From Leucoraja erinacea (lineage: Eukaryota): a DNA stretch of 64,000 nucleotides. Positions 51,911-64,000 of the stretch are shown piece by piece. How positions within the stretch are numbered: the first letter of the stretch is position 1; each line of letters begins with the position of its first letter. Location: assembly GCF_028641065.1 (NCBI RefSeq), contig NC_073412.1:1736001-1800000 (forward strand), in the 5' to 3' direction. Below the pieces are notes generated by a model that made no database searches, was not told the origin of the DNA, and was given only the letters and a program-made list of their open reading frames with translations. A program made the position numbers and the translations under genes.

Positions 51911-52720
51911 AAATGTGAGGTTATCCATTTTGGTGGCAAAAACGGGAAAGCAGATTATTATCTAAATGGTGGCCGATTGGGAAAGGGGGAGATGCAGCGA
52001 GACCTGGGTGTCATGGTACACCAGTCATTGAAGGTAGGCATGCAGGTGCAGCAGGCAGTAAAGAAAGCGAATGGTATGTTGGCTTTCATAGCAAGAGGAT
52101 TTGAGTATAGGAGCAGGGAGGTTCTACTGCAGTTGTACAGGGTCTTGGTGAGACCACACCTGGAGTATTGCGTGCAGTTTTGGTCTCCAAATCTGAGGAA
52201 GGACATTATTGCCATAGAGGGAGTGCAGAGAAGGTTCACCAGACTGATTCCTGGGATGTCAGGACTGTCTTATGAAGAAAGACTGGATAGACTTGGTTTA
52301 TACTCTCTAGAATTTAGGAGATTGAAAGGGGATCTTATAGAAACTTACAAAATTCTTAAGGGGTTGGACAGGCTAGATGCAGGAAGATTGTTCCTGATGT
52401 TGGGGAAGTCCAGGACAAGGGGTCACAGCTTAAGGATAAGGGGGAAATCCTTTAAAACCGAGATGAGGAGAACTTTTTTCACACAGAGAGTGGTGAATCT
52501 CTGGAACTCTCTGCCACAGAGGGTAGTTGAGGCCAGTTCATTGGCTATATTTAAGAGGGAGTTAGATGTGGCCCTTGTGGCCAAGGGGATCAGAGGGTAT
52601 GGAGAGAAGGCAGGTACGGGATACTGAGTTGGATGATCAGCCATGATCATATTAAATGGCGGTGCAGGCTCGAAGGGCCGAATGGCCTCTACTCCTGCAC
52701 CTAATTTCTATGTTTCTATG
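51911..52720 (+). mobile_element. Young 5'-truncated HER1/CR1 LINE
   Basis: Uninterrupted ORF2 C-terminus (DKCEVIHFGGKN...EKAGTGY*) plus 3' UTR and tail. Inserted in a MITE TIR and absent from the homologous site at ~33816. Confidence 0.92.
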
Positions 52721-54470
52721 ACAGGGGCATTAACTCAGCGGGACAGGCAGCATCTCTAGAGAGAAGGAAATGGGTGACGTTTCCTTCTCTCCAGAGACGC
52801 TGCCTGTCCCGCTGAGTTACTCCAGCTTTTTTGTGTCACATGTTATCGCTGCTCCACTTGTACACTTCAACCTGAGGAGAGGAGTTATCATTCTGTTTTT
52901 GCTCAGCGCAGAAAGAATTGAACGGGAGTGAGCCAGTGATGTTAGTGGCCAAGCGATCAGTCACAGATATCGCTCCTCACACTGACATCCACGTCCCCAC
53001 AAATCAATTAGAACCTTCATTGTGTGAAACAAAGTCCTTCCAAACATCAAGTCCTTTATCACTTTCTTAACCCTGCTCGACAATCGAGTTACAGTCACTG
53101 TCATCGAAACATAGAAAATAGGTGCAGGAGGAGGCCATTCGGCCCTTCGAGCCAGTGCCGCCATTCATTGCGATCATGGCTGATCGTCCCCAATCAATAA
53201 CCCGTGCCTGCCTTCTCCCCATATCCCTTGACTCCACTAGCCCCTAGAGCTCTATCTAACTCTCTCTTAAATCCATCCAGTGACTTGGCCTCCACTGCCC
53301 TCTGTGGCAGGGAATTCCACAAATACACAACTCTCTGGGTGAAAACGTTTTTTTCTCACCTCAGTCTTAAATGACTTCCCCTTTATTCTAAGACTGTGTG
53401 TGGCCCATGGTTCTGGACTCGCCCAACATTGGGAACCTTTTTCCTGCATCTAGCTTGTCCAGTCCTTTTATAATTTTATATGTTTCTATAAGATCCCCCC
53501 CTCATCCTTCTAAAACTCCAGTGAATATACGCCCAGTCTTTTCAATCTTTCCTCATAATGACAGTCCCGCCATCCCAGGGATCAATCTGGTGAACCTACG
53601 CTGCACTGCCTCAATCACAAGGATGTCCTTCCTCAAATTAGTCTCTGGAGCTGTAGGGCTTTGGACTGTGGGAGGAAACCTAAGATCTCGGAGAAAACCC
53701 ACGCGGGTGATGAGGACGAGCTACAAACTCCGTCGATCAAACCCGGGGTCTCTGGCGCTGTGAGGCAGCAACTCTACCGCTGCGCCACCGTGCCGCCCCA
53801 ACCCGTCATTCTCTGCTTTAAAAACACCCGATGAAACCAACTAAAACCTCATGCAAGATTTTCTCTTTGCATTCAATAAAGTGCCCTGCAAATACATTCC
53901 TGCAGTGTATATTTTTGGAAGCTATTAAATAAATGAAGCTAAGTAGAAATGCTAATATTAGGCAGTCAAGTGATCCTCAAGCATGGTTTACAAAATGGGA
54001 TTCATAATCTCAGCCAGCAATCCCATCTCCTCAATTGGTTTGAAGGAATAGGGATTATTCCATCAGTATTTGATGAATTCCTTGCAATCATTAACCACTT
54101 GATATTATGGATCTTGTCACTGCTTTATGAGCATGCTGTCATTTATAGAATACTTTTATTATGCAACTGGATTGAAGATTTACTCAGGCTGTAGATGAAT
54201 GAGTAGGGCCCAGCGTGCAGTCTCTGGCACGTGGACTATGTCATATGCTGAGAGAATGGAGCGGCTGGGCTTGTACACTCTGCAGTTTAGAAGAATGAGA
54301 GGGGGTCTTATTGAAACATATAAGATTGTCAAGGGTTTGGACACGCTAGAGGCAGGAAACATGTTCCCGATGTTGGGGGAGTCCAGAACCAGGGGCCACA
54401 GTTTAAGAAGGTACACATAAATGCTGGAGAAACTCAGCGGGTGCAGTAGCATCTATGGAGCGAAGGAAAT

Positions 54471-54506
54471 AGGCAACGTTTCGGGCTGAAACCCTTCTTC
54501 AGACCC
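54471..54506 (-). ncRNA. Minimal hammerhead-like motif with stem I, in a 99-bp insertion
   Basis: Minus strand GGGT-CTGAAGA-A-GGGT/TTCA/GCCC-GAAA-CG-TT-GCCT. The insertion 54410-54508 has a 13-bp TSD CACAGTTTAAGAA. Confidence 0.45.
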
Positions 54507-57098
54507 GGCACAGTTTAAGAATAAGGGGTCAGCCATTTAGAATGGAGACGAGGAAACACTTTTTCTCACAGAGAGTTGTGAGTCTGTGGAATTCTCTGCC
54601 TCAGAGGGCGGTGGAGGCTGGTTCTCTGGATACTTTCAAGAGAGAGCTAGATAGGGCTCTTAAAGATAGCGGAGTCGGGGGATATGGGGAGAAGGCAGGA
54701 ACGGGGTACTGATTGTGGATGATCAGCCACGATCACATTGAATGGCGGTGCTGGCTCGAAGGGCCGAATGGCCTGCACGTATTGTCTATGTGATCATCAA
54801 AGGAACCATCGTCAGCTGAAGTACATTGGATAGATTGAGGGGTCTGAAGAAGGGTCTCGACCCCTGTCTCCTTTCGGTAAGGTTTAGAGGGAGATGTGCC
54901 AAATGCAGGCAGGTGGGACTAGTATAGATGGGACATCTTGGGCAAGTTGGGCCGAAGGGCCTGTTTCCATGTTGTATGCCTCGAAAGTAAATTTACGATT
55001 CACTAAACTAAATGAGCATGCTGTTGTTGATAGAATATTTTTATTATGCAACTGGATTGAAGATTTACCCAGGCTGGAGATAAATGAGTAGGACCAGCGT
55101 GCAGTCTCTGGCACGCGGACTATGTCATATGCTGACAGAATGGAGGTGATACAGGAGCAAAAATGGTGGGAGATTGCAACCTTCACGTCGTCCACCCTGT
55201 TTCAACGAATGCAATCAACCTGGCATGCACAATCAAATAGAACAAGTTGTTCTACAACTTTAGGCTGTGCACGTCACATGCAAGAAGAAGAAGGAGCAAA
55301 AATAATATCTTCATAAAAATGTGGAGAATAGAGGATGTTTGCATGAGGCCAAGATCATTGTATTTATTTACAGTATTGTGCAGGGCGGGCTGGATTGATG
55401 GGGAATTTGCCCAATTATCTCCATTTTGATGGGTTCTAGTAATGACACCAATCGGTGCCAGAAACTCCCACATTTCACCGATGAAGAGCAGTAAAGCATG
55501 AACGGTTTAAGGAACATGCCAATTGTTTTTGTTTGTGATGAGCTTCACACAGCAGCCTAATGGAAGTCATTACTACAGTTGACAGTGTTGGTTCTGCTGC
55601 ATATCATCCGCTAATTCTCCCAGCTCCCGCACAACAGCTCATTGGAATAATTTCAATTGGTGCCTTTTTCTGGATGACACTGAATCTTATGCTGAAGGTC
55701 CCCACTCACTCGCTGCTCTCTTAATGTACCAGCTGGTTGACCTTATTCAACACTGCAAAACTAAGGGGACTTTGTTCTTCTTGTTCTACAAGGCGCAGTG
55801 TGTATGAAGAGAATCATTTATGAAGGGAATCTGTTTATTTAGTTTAGTAAGTAAGTAAGTTTATTGGCCAAGTATTCACATACAAGGAATTTGCCTTGGT
55901 GCTCCGCCCACAATTATATTGTATTGTATTGTATTCAAATTTATTGTCATTGTCTCAATTTGAGACAACGAAATGAATTTCCCTTACAGGCAGTATCATA
56001 AAAAAATAAAAATAAAAATCATTCAACAAATAAAATAAAAAATTAAATAATAAATAAATAATAAAACATATTAAAAATAAAATTGAAATTGAAATTGAGC
56101 AACAAGTAACAACATGACATACTGCGTACAGTTTTGGTCTCCTAATCTGAGGAAAGACATTCTTGCCATAGAGGGAGTACGGAGAAGGTTCACCAGACTG
56201 ATTCCTGGGATGGCAGGACTTTCATATGAAGAAAGACTGGATAGACTCGGCTTGTACTCGCTAGAATTCAGAAGATTGAGGGGGGATCTTATAGAAACTT
56301 ACAAAATTCTTAAGGGGTTGGACAGGCTAGATGCAGGAAGATTGTTCCCGATGTTGGGGAAGTCCAGAACAAGGGGTCACAGTTCAAGGATAAGAGGGAA
56401 GTCTTTTAGGACTGAGATGAGAAAATCATTTTTTACACAGAGTGTGGTGAATCTGTGGAATTCTCTGCCACAGAAGGTAGTTGAGGCCAGTTCATTGGCC
56501 ATATTTAAGAAGGAGTTAGATGTGGCCCTTGTGGCTAAAGGGATCAGGGGGTATGGAGAGAAGGCAGGTACAGGATACTGAGTTGGATGATCAGCCATGA
56601 TCATATCGAATGGCGGTGCAGGCTCGAAGGGCCGAATGGCCTCTACTCCTGCACCTATTGTCTATGTTTCTATACAGTGACAGTTGCGAATTACTAGATA
56701 TACAGAATAGAATATACAGACTAGATATACAGATAGAAATTCTAGATGTACAGCGCGGAAACATGCCCTTCTGCCCAGTGGGTCTGCGTTGACCAGCGAT
56801 CCCTGCACATCAACACTACCCTACACACACACACACTGGGGACAATTTTTGTCAAACAGGTGCTGACTGAGTGGAGTTTGCACGTTCTCCCTGTGACTGT
56901 GTGGGTTTCCTCTGGGTACTCCGGTTTCCTTTCAAATCCCCAAAGACGTGCGGGGTTTGTAAGTCCATTGACCTCTCTAAATTGCCTCTCGTGTGCAGGG
57001 AATGGATTAAAAAATTGGGATAACATAGAACTAGTGTGAACGGGTGACCGATGGGCTCGGAGGACCAAAGAGCCTGTTTCTATGGTGTAGCTCTAAAC

Positions 57099-57229
57099 CA
57101 AAGATCTTTGGGCATAACAGAGATGGGGTTCTTATTCCTAAAATGGCGGAAGTGACGTTCCGTTGCGCTCCGATCCGTACTACACATCAGTCCATTGGAG
57201 CGATCTGCCTTGCTCCTCTAGAATCTTTG
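57099..57229. mobile_element. 131-bp MITE of the CAAAGAT family, copy 2
   Basis: CAAAGAT...AATCTTTG with a perfect 8-bp TSD CTCTAAAC (57091-57098, 57230-57237), inserted in a SINE tail. Confidence 0.8.
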
Positions 57230-60200
57230 CTCTAAACTACACTAAATTTAGTTTTGAATATAACGCAGTTTCTTTCGTGAGTTAGACCATTCAGGGTAGT
57301 CTGCTTGGATTGGTAAAATTGCCCGAATTCTCTCCTAGAATATAAATCGGTTCAATTTGGGTCACGGTATCCAATCCTCATAATATTAATGACCTGTTCT
57401 AATGCTGAAACCTAATATTCTGTGATTGTGGCATAATATTGGGTTATTAATGATTTATTTGTTTTTCGTTACTTTTATGGTTTGTCAATGGTCTGTGAAA
57501 CATTAAAATCTAAATGGAAGCAGCTGAAAAATTCCAATAAAACCCACCAGAGCATTAACAACGCTTTCATAAACAAGAAAGCAGGGAAACATTAATGTTT
57601 CCCAAGAATGGGGTAAAACTATAACTCAAGCCGCTTAGACTCCTTGCATCTCGTATGAATAAATTTTTACGAATTCGTAACATTTTTAATTACTTGTGTG
57701 TGTGTGTTCTCTGGTGGGAAGATTCTGCATGATCAGAATGCATGAACTAATTGCAGCAGATCTCTGATACAAACTAACTGAGATGCATCTCTGGTCTGTT
57801 CAAGACTGTTGATCACAGTGGAGGTCAAGTCAATGGGTATTTTTCCGGATATACTTGGAAATGAGGAGGAATTTCTTCAGCCGGAGGGTGGTGAATCTGT
57901 GGGTTTCAATGCCGCAGACAGCTGTGGGGTCCAAGTCATTGGGTAGTTTTAAGGCGGAGATTGAATTATATTTTATTAGTAGGTACACAAAAAAGCTGGA
58001 GAAACTCAGCGGGTGCAGCAGCATCTATGGAGCGATGGAGATAGGCAACGTTTCGGGCCCGAAACCCTTCTGGAAATAGGCAACGTTTCGGGCCCGAAAA
58101 CCTTCTGGAAATAGGCAACGTTTCGGGCCCGAAAACCTTCTGGAAATAGGCAACGTTTCGGCCCGAAACCCTTCGGGTTTCGACCCGAAACGTTGCCTAT
58201 TTCCTTTGCTCCATAGATGCTGCTGCTGCACCCGCTGAGTTTCTCCAGCTTTTTTGTGTACCTTCGATTTTCCAGCATCTGCAGTTCCTTCTTAAACACG
58301 TAGATATTTTATTAGTGCGGGTGTCAGGGGTTATGGGGAGAAGGCAGGAGAATGGGGTTGAGAGGGAGAGATAGATCAGCCATGACTGAATGGCAGATTT
58401 TAGACAATAGTCTGCGGCCCACTGAGTCTGCACTGACCACCGAACTACCTCTACGCCAGCACGATGGGACTATTTACAACTTTACAGGAGCCGATGAACC
58501 TGCACGTCATTGGAGTGTGGGGGAAACCGGAGCTCCCGGAGAAAACCCACGCTGTCACGGGGAGAGCGTGCAAACTCTGTACAGACAGCGCCCGTGGTCA
58601 GGATCGAATACGGGTCTCTGGCGCTGTGAGGCAGCAACTCTATCGCTGCGCCACCGTGCCGACCACAGTCACCTCCAGAAATAGGTGAAAGAGTATATCA
58701 GCGATTGGGTGATAGCAGAGTTTACACATGGGACGGACTCACCTCTACAAGGTCAACATAGAAGGCGGCCTTCTCAATCAAACCCATTTCTCAAAATAAC
58801 CAGAATGGCAGATTATGTCGCCGTTTCTGTGGAGGAGAGTTATTTACTGCGTGCCCGTGCCGTTAAACGTTGATTTACAAGCCTTCAAATTTTTTGCCGT
58901 AACCATGGCAACGCAAGTTAATTATTGGAGTCACAAAGCAGAGACGGATTCTGTTCATTCCAGACATTTACAGGTTCAATATCTGCAGCGCTAATAAATG
59001 TTTTATCTGGTGTTTCAGATATGAATAATTTTGGTTCCCAGCCGTTGAAATTAATTTATTTCCCGTTCGATGAGCGATCGAATCATTTCTTGTCTTTAAT
59101 TTCATTTAATTAGTTTGTTCGCACGTTGACACGTTCTTAAAGGGGCAGTGATCCATCTAATGGCAATTCCACGCTGGGATCAGTGCTCCTCCTACACATA
59201 GTGTGTAAAACATCTCACGGTAGCGCAGCGGTAGAGTTGCTGCCTCACAGCGCCACGGACCTGGGTTAGATCCTGAACTCAGGTGCTGTCCCCACGGAAT
59301 TCATAAAGTCATAACTGATAGCCATAGATGAGGAGAAGAGGAGATGTAAGGACAGGTGTTGCATCTTCAGTGGTTGCAGCGAAATGCATTTCGTTGTCTA
59401 ATGCATTTCGTTGTCTCTGTACTGTACACTGACAATGACAATTAAATTGAATCTGAATCTGAATCTGATCTGCAGGCGAAGATTCTCTGTACAATCGGTC
59501 TCCATCCGTGGCCTTCTGCTGAATGTTTACCTTTTCCAATTGAGGAACATGACTGAACCTTTCATCGCCTTGCATTAGTTTTATAAAAAGCTTCATTGGT
59601 TTCTGTGTCCAGTTTTGGTCTCCTAATTTGAGGAAGGACATCCTTGTGATTGAGGCAGTGCAGCGTAGGTTCACCAGATTGATCCCTGGGATGGCGGGAC
59701 TGTCATATGAGGAAAGATTGAAAAGACTAGGCTTGTATTCACTGGAGTTTAGAAGGATGAGGGGGGATCTTATAGAAACATATAAAATTATAAAAGGACT
59801 GGACAAGCTAGATGCAGGAAAAATGTTCCCAATGTTGGGCGAGTCCAGAACCAAGGGGCACACACAGTCTTAGAATAAAGGGGAGGCAATTTAAGACTGA
59901 GGTGAGAAAAAACTTTTTCACCCAGAGAGTTGTGAATTTGTGGAATTCCCTGCCACAGAGGGCAGTGGAGGCCAAATCACTGGATGGATTTAAGAGAGAG
60001 TTAGATATATCTCTAGGGGCTAGTGGAGTCAAGGGATATGGGGAGGACGGGTTATTGATTGGGGACGATCAGCCATGATCACAATGAATGGCGGGGTTGG
60101 TTCAAAGGGCCGAATGGCCTCCTCCTGCAACTATGTTTCTATGTTTCTATGAATACTTTTATTCCGTTTTCTGTTGCCGTGGTGATTTGCTGCAAGGTTT

Positions 60201-62778
60201 CCCGATAAAGATGTCTGACTGATTCAACGATTGAGTTTTCTTTACTCATTTCTGTCATTTTTGAGTAGTTTTGTTCGGTTTAGATTTGTGTTGTCGTGTG
60301 GGAAACAGTCCCAACAAGTTCACGCCTGCCATCGATCACCTCCTACTCTGGGTCTATGTCCCACACACACACACACTAGGGACAATGTACACAAGCCAAT
60401 CAATCTACAAACCCACCCGTCTTTGGGAGTGTGGGAGGAATCTTGGAGCACCCGGAGAAAACTCGCTTGGCCTCGGGGAGAACGCACAAACTCCGTACAG
60501 ACAGCAGCACCCGTGGTCAGGATCGAACCTGGCGCGGTGAGGCAGCAACTCTACCGCTGCCTATTGTTTCTATCATTGAACCTTGGTTCTCTTCTGAAGA
60601 AGGGTCTCGACCCGAAACGTCACCCATTCCTTCGCTCCAGAGACGCTGCCCGTCCCGCTGAGTTACTCCAGCGTTTTATGTCTATCTTGGTTCTCTGGCA
60701 TTNNNNNNNNNNNNNNNNNNNNNNNNNNNNNNNNNNNNNNNNNNNNNNNNNNNNNNNNNNNNNNNNNNNNNNNNNNNNNNNNNNNNNNNNNNNNNNNNNN
60801 NNNNNNNNNNNNNNNNNNNNNNNNNNNNNNNNNNNNNNNNNNNNTACAGCACAAAACAGTACAGTGGAACCTAATTTTAGGTGCCAACTATGTAATACCG
60901 TAATCCATTCTATGTACAACCTCTAGTTTTATGTTATAAGAAGGAAGTAAGCAAGACAAGAAAAAGAAAACAATAGAAAGGGGAAAAAGTGGAAAAATCG
61001 ATGGTAGAGAGTAGAAAAACGTGAAGTGTGTATATATATAAAAAATAAAAAAAGGAAGAGAGAAAGTGGGAAGTAGAAATAGGAGAGAAGGCCCCTTAAA
61101 AGAGAATTTTTCACATCTGTATTCGGAGATGTAGATCTATCCGCGTCATGAACTGAAATCAGCAATCTTTACGGTACCGCTGCATCACATGATTCCAAAA
61201 AGTCGATGAAAGGAGACCAACTCCTTAAGAATTGGTCATATTTATCTATTAGGCGGAGTCTCGTTTCTTCAAGGCGTGCTATGTCCATTATATTCCTAAT
61301 CCACATTTTAACAGTTGGTGTGGTTGTTGCAATAAATTCCTATCCAATTTCTTGCGGATGAGAGTCTGTGGTGCAGTAAACACCGGCTCCACGTTGCCTT
61401 TAATTGTACAATCGAGCTCCGAGGACAAATGTGGCTTGAGTGTCCCGGGAAATAGATTTGTGTCCCGACCACACCAATCCTGATGTGTAAAATAAAGCGG
61501 TTTCTTTGTGCAACAAAATCATTCAGCGACGTAGTTAAATAATCAATAATAAATGTATTTATTGTCAATTTCTGATTGAAACCGGATGGATCTGTTGAGA
61601 TATAGATTGGCCCTTCATTGTTATTGGAGTCTGTGGTTTTCACATTGCTCTCGACCAGCGATCACTGCACACTGCAGATGGTTTAGTTTAGGTTCGAGAC
61701 ATAGAAACATAGAAACATAGAAATTAGGTGCAGGAGTAGAGGCCATTCGGCCCTTCGAGCCTGCACCATTCGCCATTCAATATGATCATGGCTGATCATC
61801 CAACTCAGTATCCCGTACCTGCCTTCTCTCCATACCCCCTGATCCCTTTAGCCACAAGGGCCACATCTTACTCCCTCTTAAATATAGCCAATGAACTGGC
61901 CTCAACTACCCTCTGTGGCAGAGAGTTCCACAGATTCACCACTCTCTGTGTGAGACACAGCGCAGAAACAGGCCCTTCGGCCCACCGAGCCCGTGCCGGC
62001 CAGCGATCCCCGCACACTGGTCGAGGGAGGTGTGTGTTGTGCAGGAGAGTGGGTGGACTACCAAGACTCCATTTTAGGGAGCAGCCGTGAGCTCAGTGAA
62101 ATGTCTGCTGCTTGCACCGTGCTCCGATCCTACCAGGAACTCCACGCTGAACACAGTCTCCCCCCCCCCCCCCCCCCCGTCCCTGTCTGGCTCATGTACT
62201 CACACCATGCCAACCCACAGACAAAGGTGTCTGTCAGCGCCAACAATGACAGCTCGGGCTAACCTACAGGGCGGCACAGCGGTAGAGTTGCTGCCTCACA
62301 GACCCAGGTTCGATCCTGGCTTCTCCCCATAACCCCTGACACCCGCACTAATCAAGAATCTACCTATCTCTGCCTTAAAAATATCCACTGACTTGTGGCC
62401 TCCAAGGCCTTCTGTGGTAAAGAATTCCACAGATTCACCGTCCTCCGACTAAAGAAATTTGAAGCCTTTTACAGTCAGTCTGAAGAAGGGTCTCAACCCA
62501 AAACGTCACCCATTCCTTCTCTCCAGAGACGCTGCCTGTCCCGCTGAGTTACTCCAGCATTTTGTGTCTACCTTCGATTTTACCAGCATCTGCAGTTCTT
62601 TCTTAAAGATTAGGGACTTCAGATGCTGGTTTACACCGAAGATAGACACAGAATGCCGGAGTTATTCAGCGTCTCTGGAGAGAAGGAATGGGTGACGTTT
62701 TCAGGTTGTGATCTATTGTGCTCCTGTGAATCTGCCCAGCGCTGTGGCCCACCTGTTCTCTGTCTCTCTCCACCACAG

Positions 62779-62910
62779 GGCAGCACCTGAGGTTCCCAGC
62801 CGTGGCCTTGTGGCTGACTGTCGGCCTGTCCATCTGCCTGCTGGCGTTGTTGGCTGCGCTGGGCTACGTGTGCAGGAGGAAGATTCAGCAGAGCTGCAAG
62901 GACGAGGGAG
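62779..62910 (+). CDS. CD276: CD276/B7-H3 transmembrane exon, copy 2
   Basis: Same as 43707-43838 except one synonymous change (GCG>GCC, Ala). Both splice sites are intact. May be a haplotypic duplicate. Confidence 0.8.
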
Positions 62911-62996
62911 GTGAGTCCATGTTTTGTAGGTGACCCGAGCGGAATTAGGCCATTCGGCCCATCAAGTCTACTCCGCCATTCAATCATGGCTGATCT

Positions 62997-63233
62997 CAAG
63001 TCAAGTCAAGTCAAGTTTATTTGTCACATACACATACGAGATGTGCAGTGAAATGAAAGTGGCAATGCTCGCGGAACAACAAAACAACCAAACAAATTAC
63101 AAACACAATCATAACACACATATTCTTTTACATAATAAATAATAGAAGGAAAAACGTTCTGTAGAGTTAGTCCCTGGTGAGAAAGGTGTTTACAGTCCGA
63201 ATTGCCTCTGGGAAGAAACTCCTTCTCAACCTC
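62997..63233 (-). mobile_element. Rex1/Babar-like 3' fragment present only in duplicate copy 2
   Basis: Same tail and 3' UTR as 47680-47930; absent at homologous ~43924. Confidence 0.75.
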
Positions 63234-64000
63234 TACTCTCAACCCCATTCTCCTGCCTTCTCCCCCTTACAATAGACAATAGACAATAGGTGCAGGAGTA
63301 GGCCATTCGGTCCTTCGAGCCAGCACCGTCATTCAATGTGATCATGGCTGATCATCCACAATCAGTACCCCGTTCCTGCCTTCCCATATCCCCTGATTCC
63401 GCTATCTTTAAGAGCCCTATCTAGCTCTCTCTTGAACCGGCCTCCACTGCCCTCCGTGAGGCAGAGAATTCCACAGACACCACTCTCTGTGAGAAAAAGT
63501 GTTTCCTCATCTCCGTTTTAAATGTCTTACCCCTTATTCTTAAACTGTGTGTGTGTGGCCCCTGGTTCTGGACTCCCACAACATCGGGAACATGTTTCCT
63601 GCCTCCAGCGTGTCCTCTGACAGGTAAGTCTGATGAGAGTCCCCAGCTTCGAGACTAATGTTTCCTCCTCTAGAATGAATGAACTGATGACAAATCACAA
63701 TGAAATCCTTTGCTTGCCGGCCCAAGGTATGCGAATAGTCGCTACATAAAGGGCAAAGTCACAAAGTGTACACATTATTCACGCCAGCTCCCCGTTTGTC
63801 CATCCCCCCCCCTCGAGATATTGGATTATTAATAAATAGATAAATGAAGCCATTCTTCAATTTCCTTAGTTTGATCAATATGGGTGTTTTTAATAGCAAT
63901 AATAATAATAATAAATTTAATTTATGGGCGCCTTTCAAGAGTCTCAAGGACACCTTACAAAAATTTAGCAGGTAGAGGAAAAATGTGTAAGGGGAATGAA

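Larger units (their letters stand above)
49175..64000 (+). repeat. Segmental duplicate, copy 2 (runs off the window end)
   Basis: Starts immediately after the 100-N gap at 49075-49174. Confidence 0.95.

Overview
Repeat-dense vertebrate DNA. The repeat content (HE1-like V-SINEs, HER1/CR1 LINEs, Penelope remnants) points to a cartilaginous fish, probably a skate or ray; this is an inference. One host gene is visible, CD276/B7-H3 (+ strand, 2-Ig form): signal-peptide exon (CDS 7579-7636), IgV exon (14958-15308), IgC exon (17469-17765) and a transmembrane exon present twice (43707-43838 and 62779-62910). The TM exon is doubled because ~31152-44669 recurs as 49175-64000 just after an exact 100-N gap, so this is either an uncollapsed haplotype or a very recent tandem duplication. 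The signal-peptide and TM exons are not in the supplied ORF track in their coding frame. The most unusual signal is a P-element-like DNA transposon family in the IgC-TM intron. It includes a 3.8 kb element (23045-26849) with perfect 34-bp TIRs, an 8-bp TSD and a THAP-domain first exon, which splits a CR1 LINE. Inside it are three 28-36 bp fused-terminus remnants with their own 8-bp TSDs that resemble P-element excision footprints, and elsewhere there is a related 131-bp MITE. Also present: two solo LTRs in inverted orientation upstream of the first coding exon, PIF/Harbinger MITEs, L1/L2/Rex1 fragments, Penelope ends carrying minimal hammerhead-ribozyme cores, and microsatellites beside N runs. 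All alignments and counts were made by eye.
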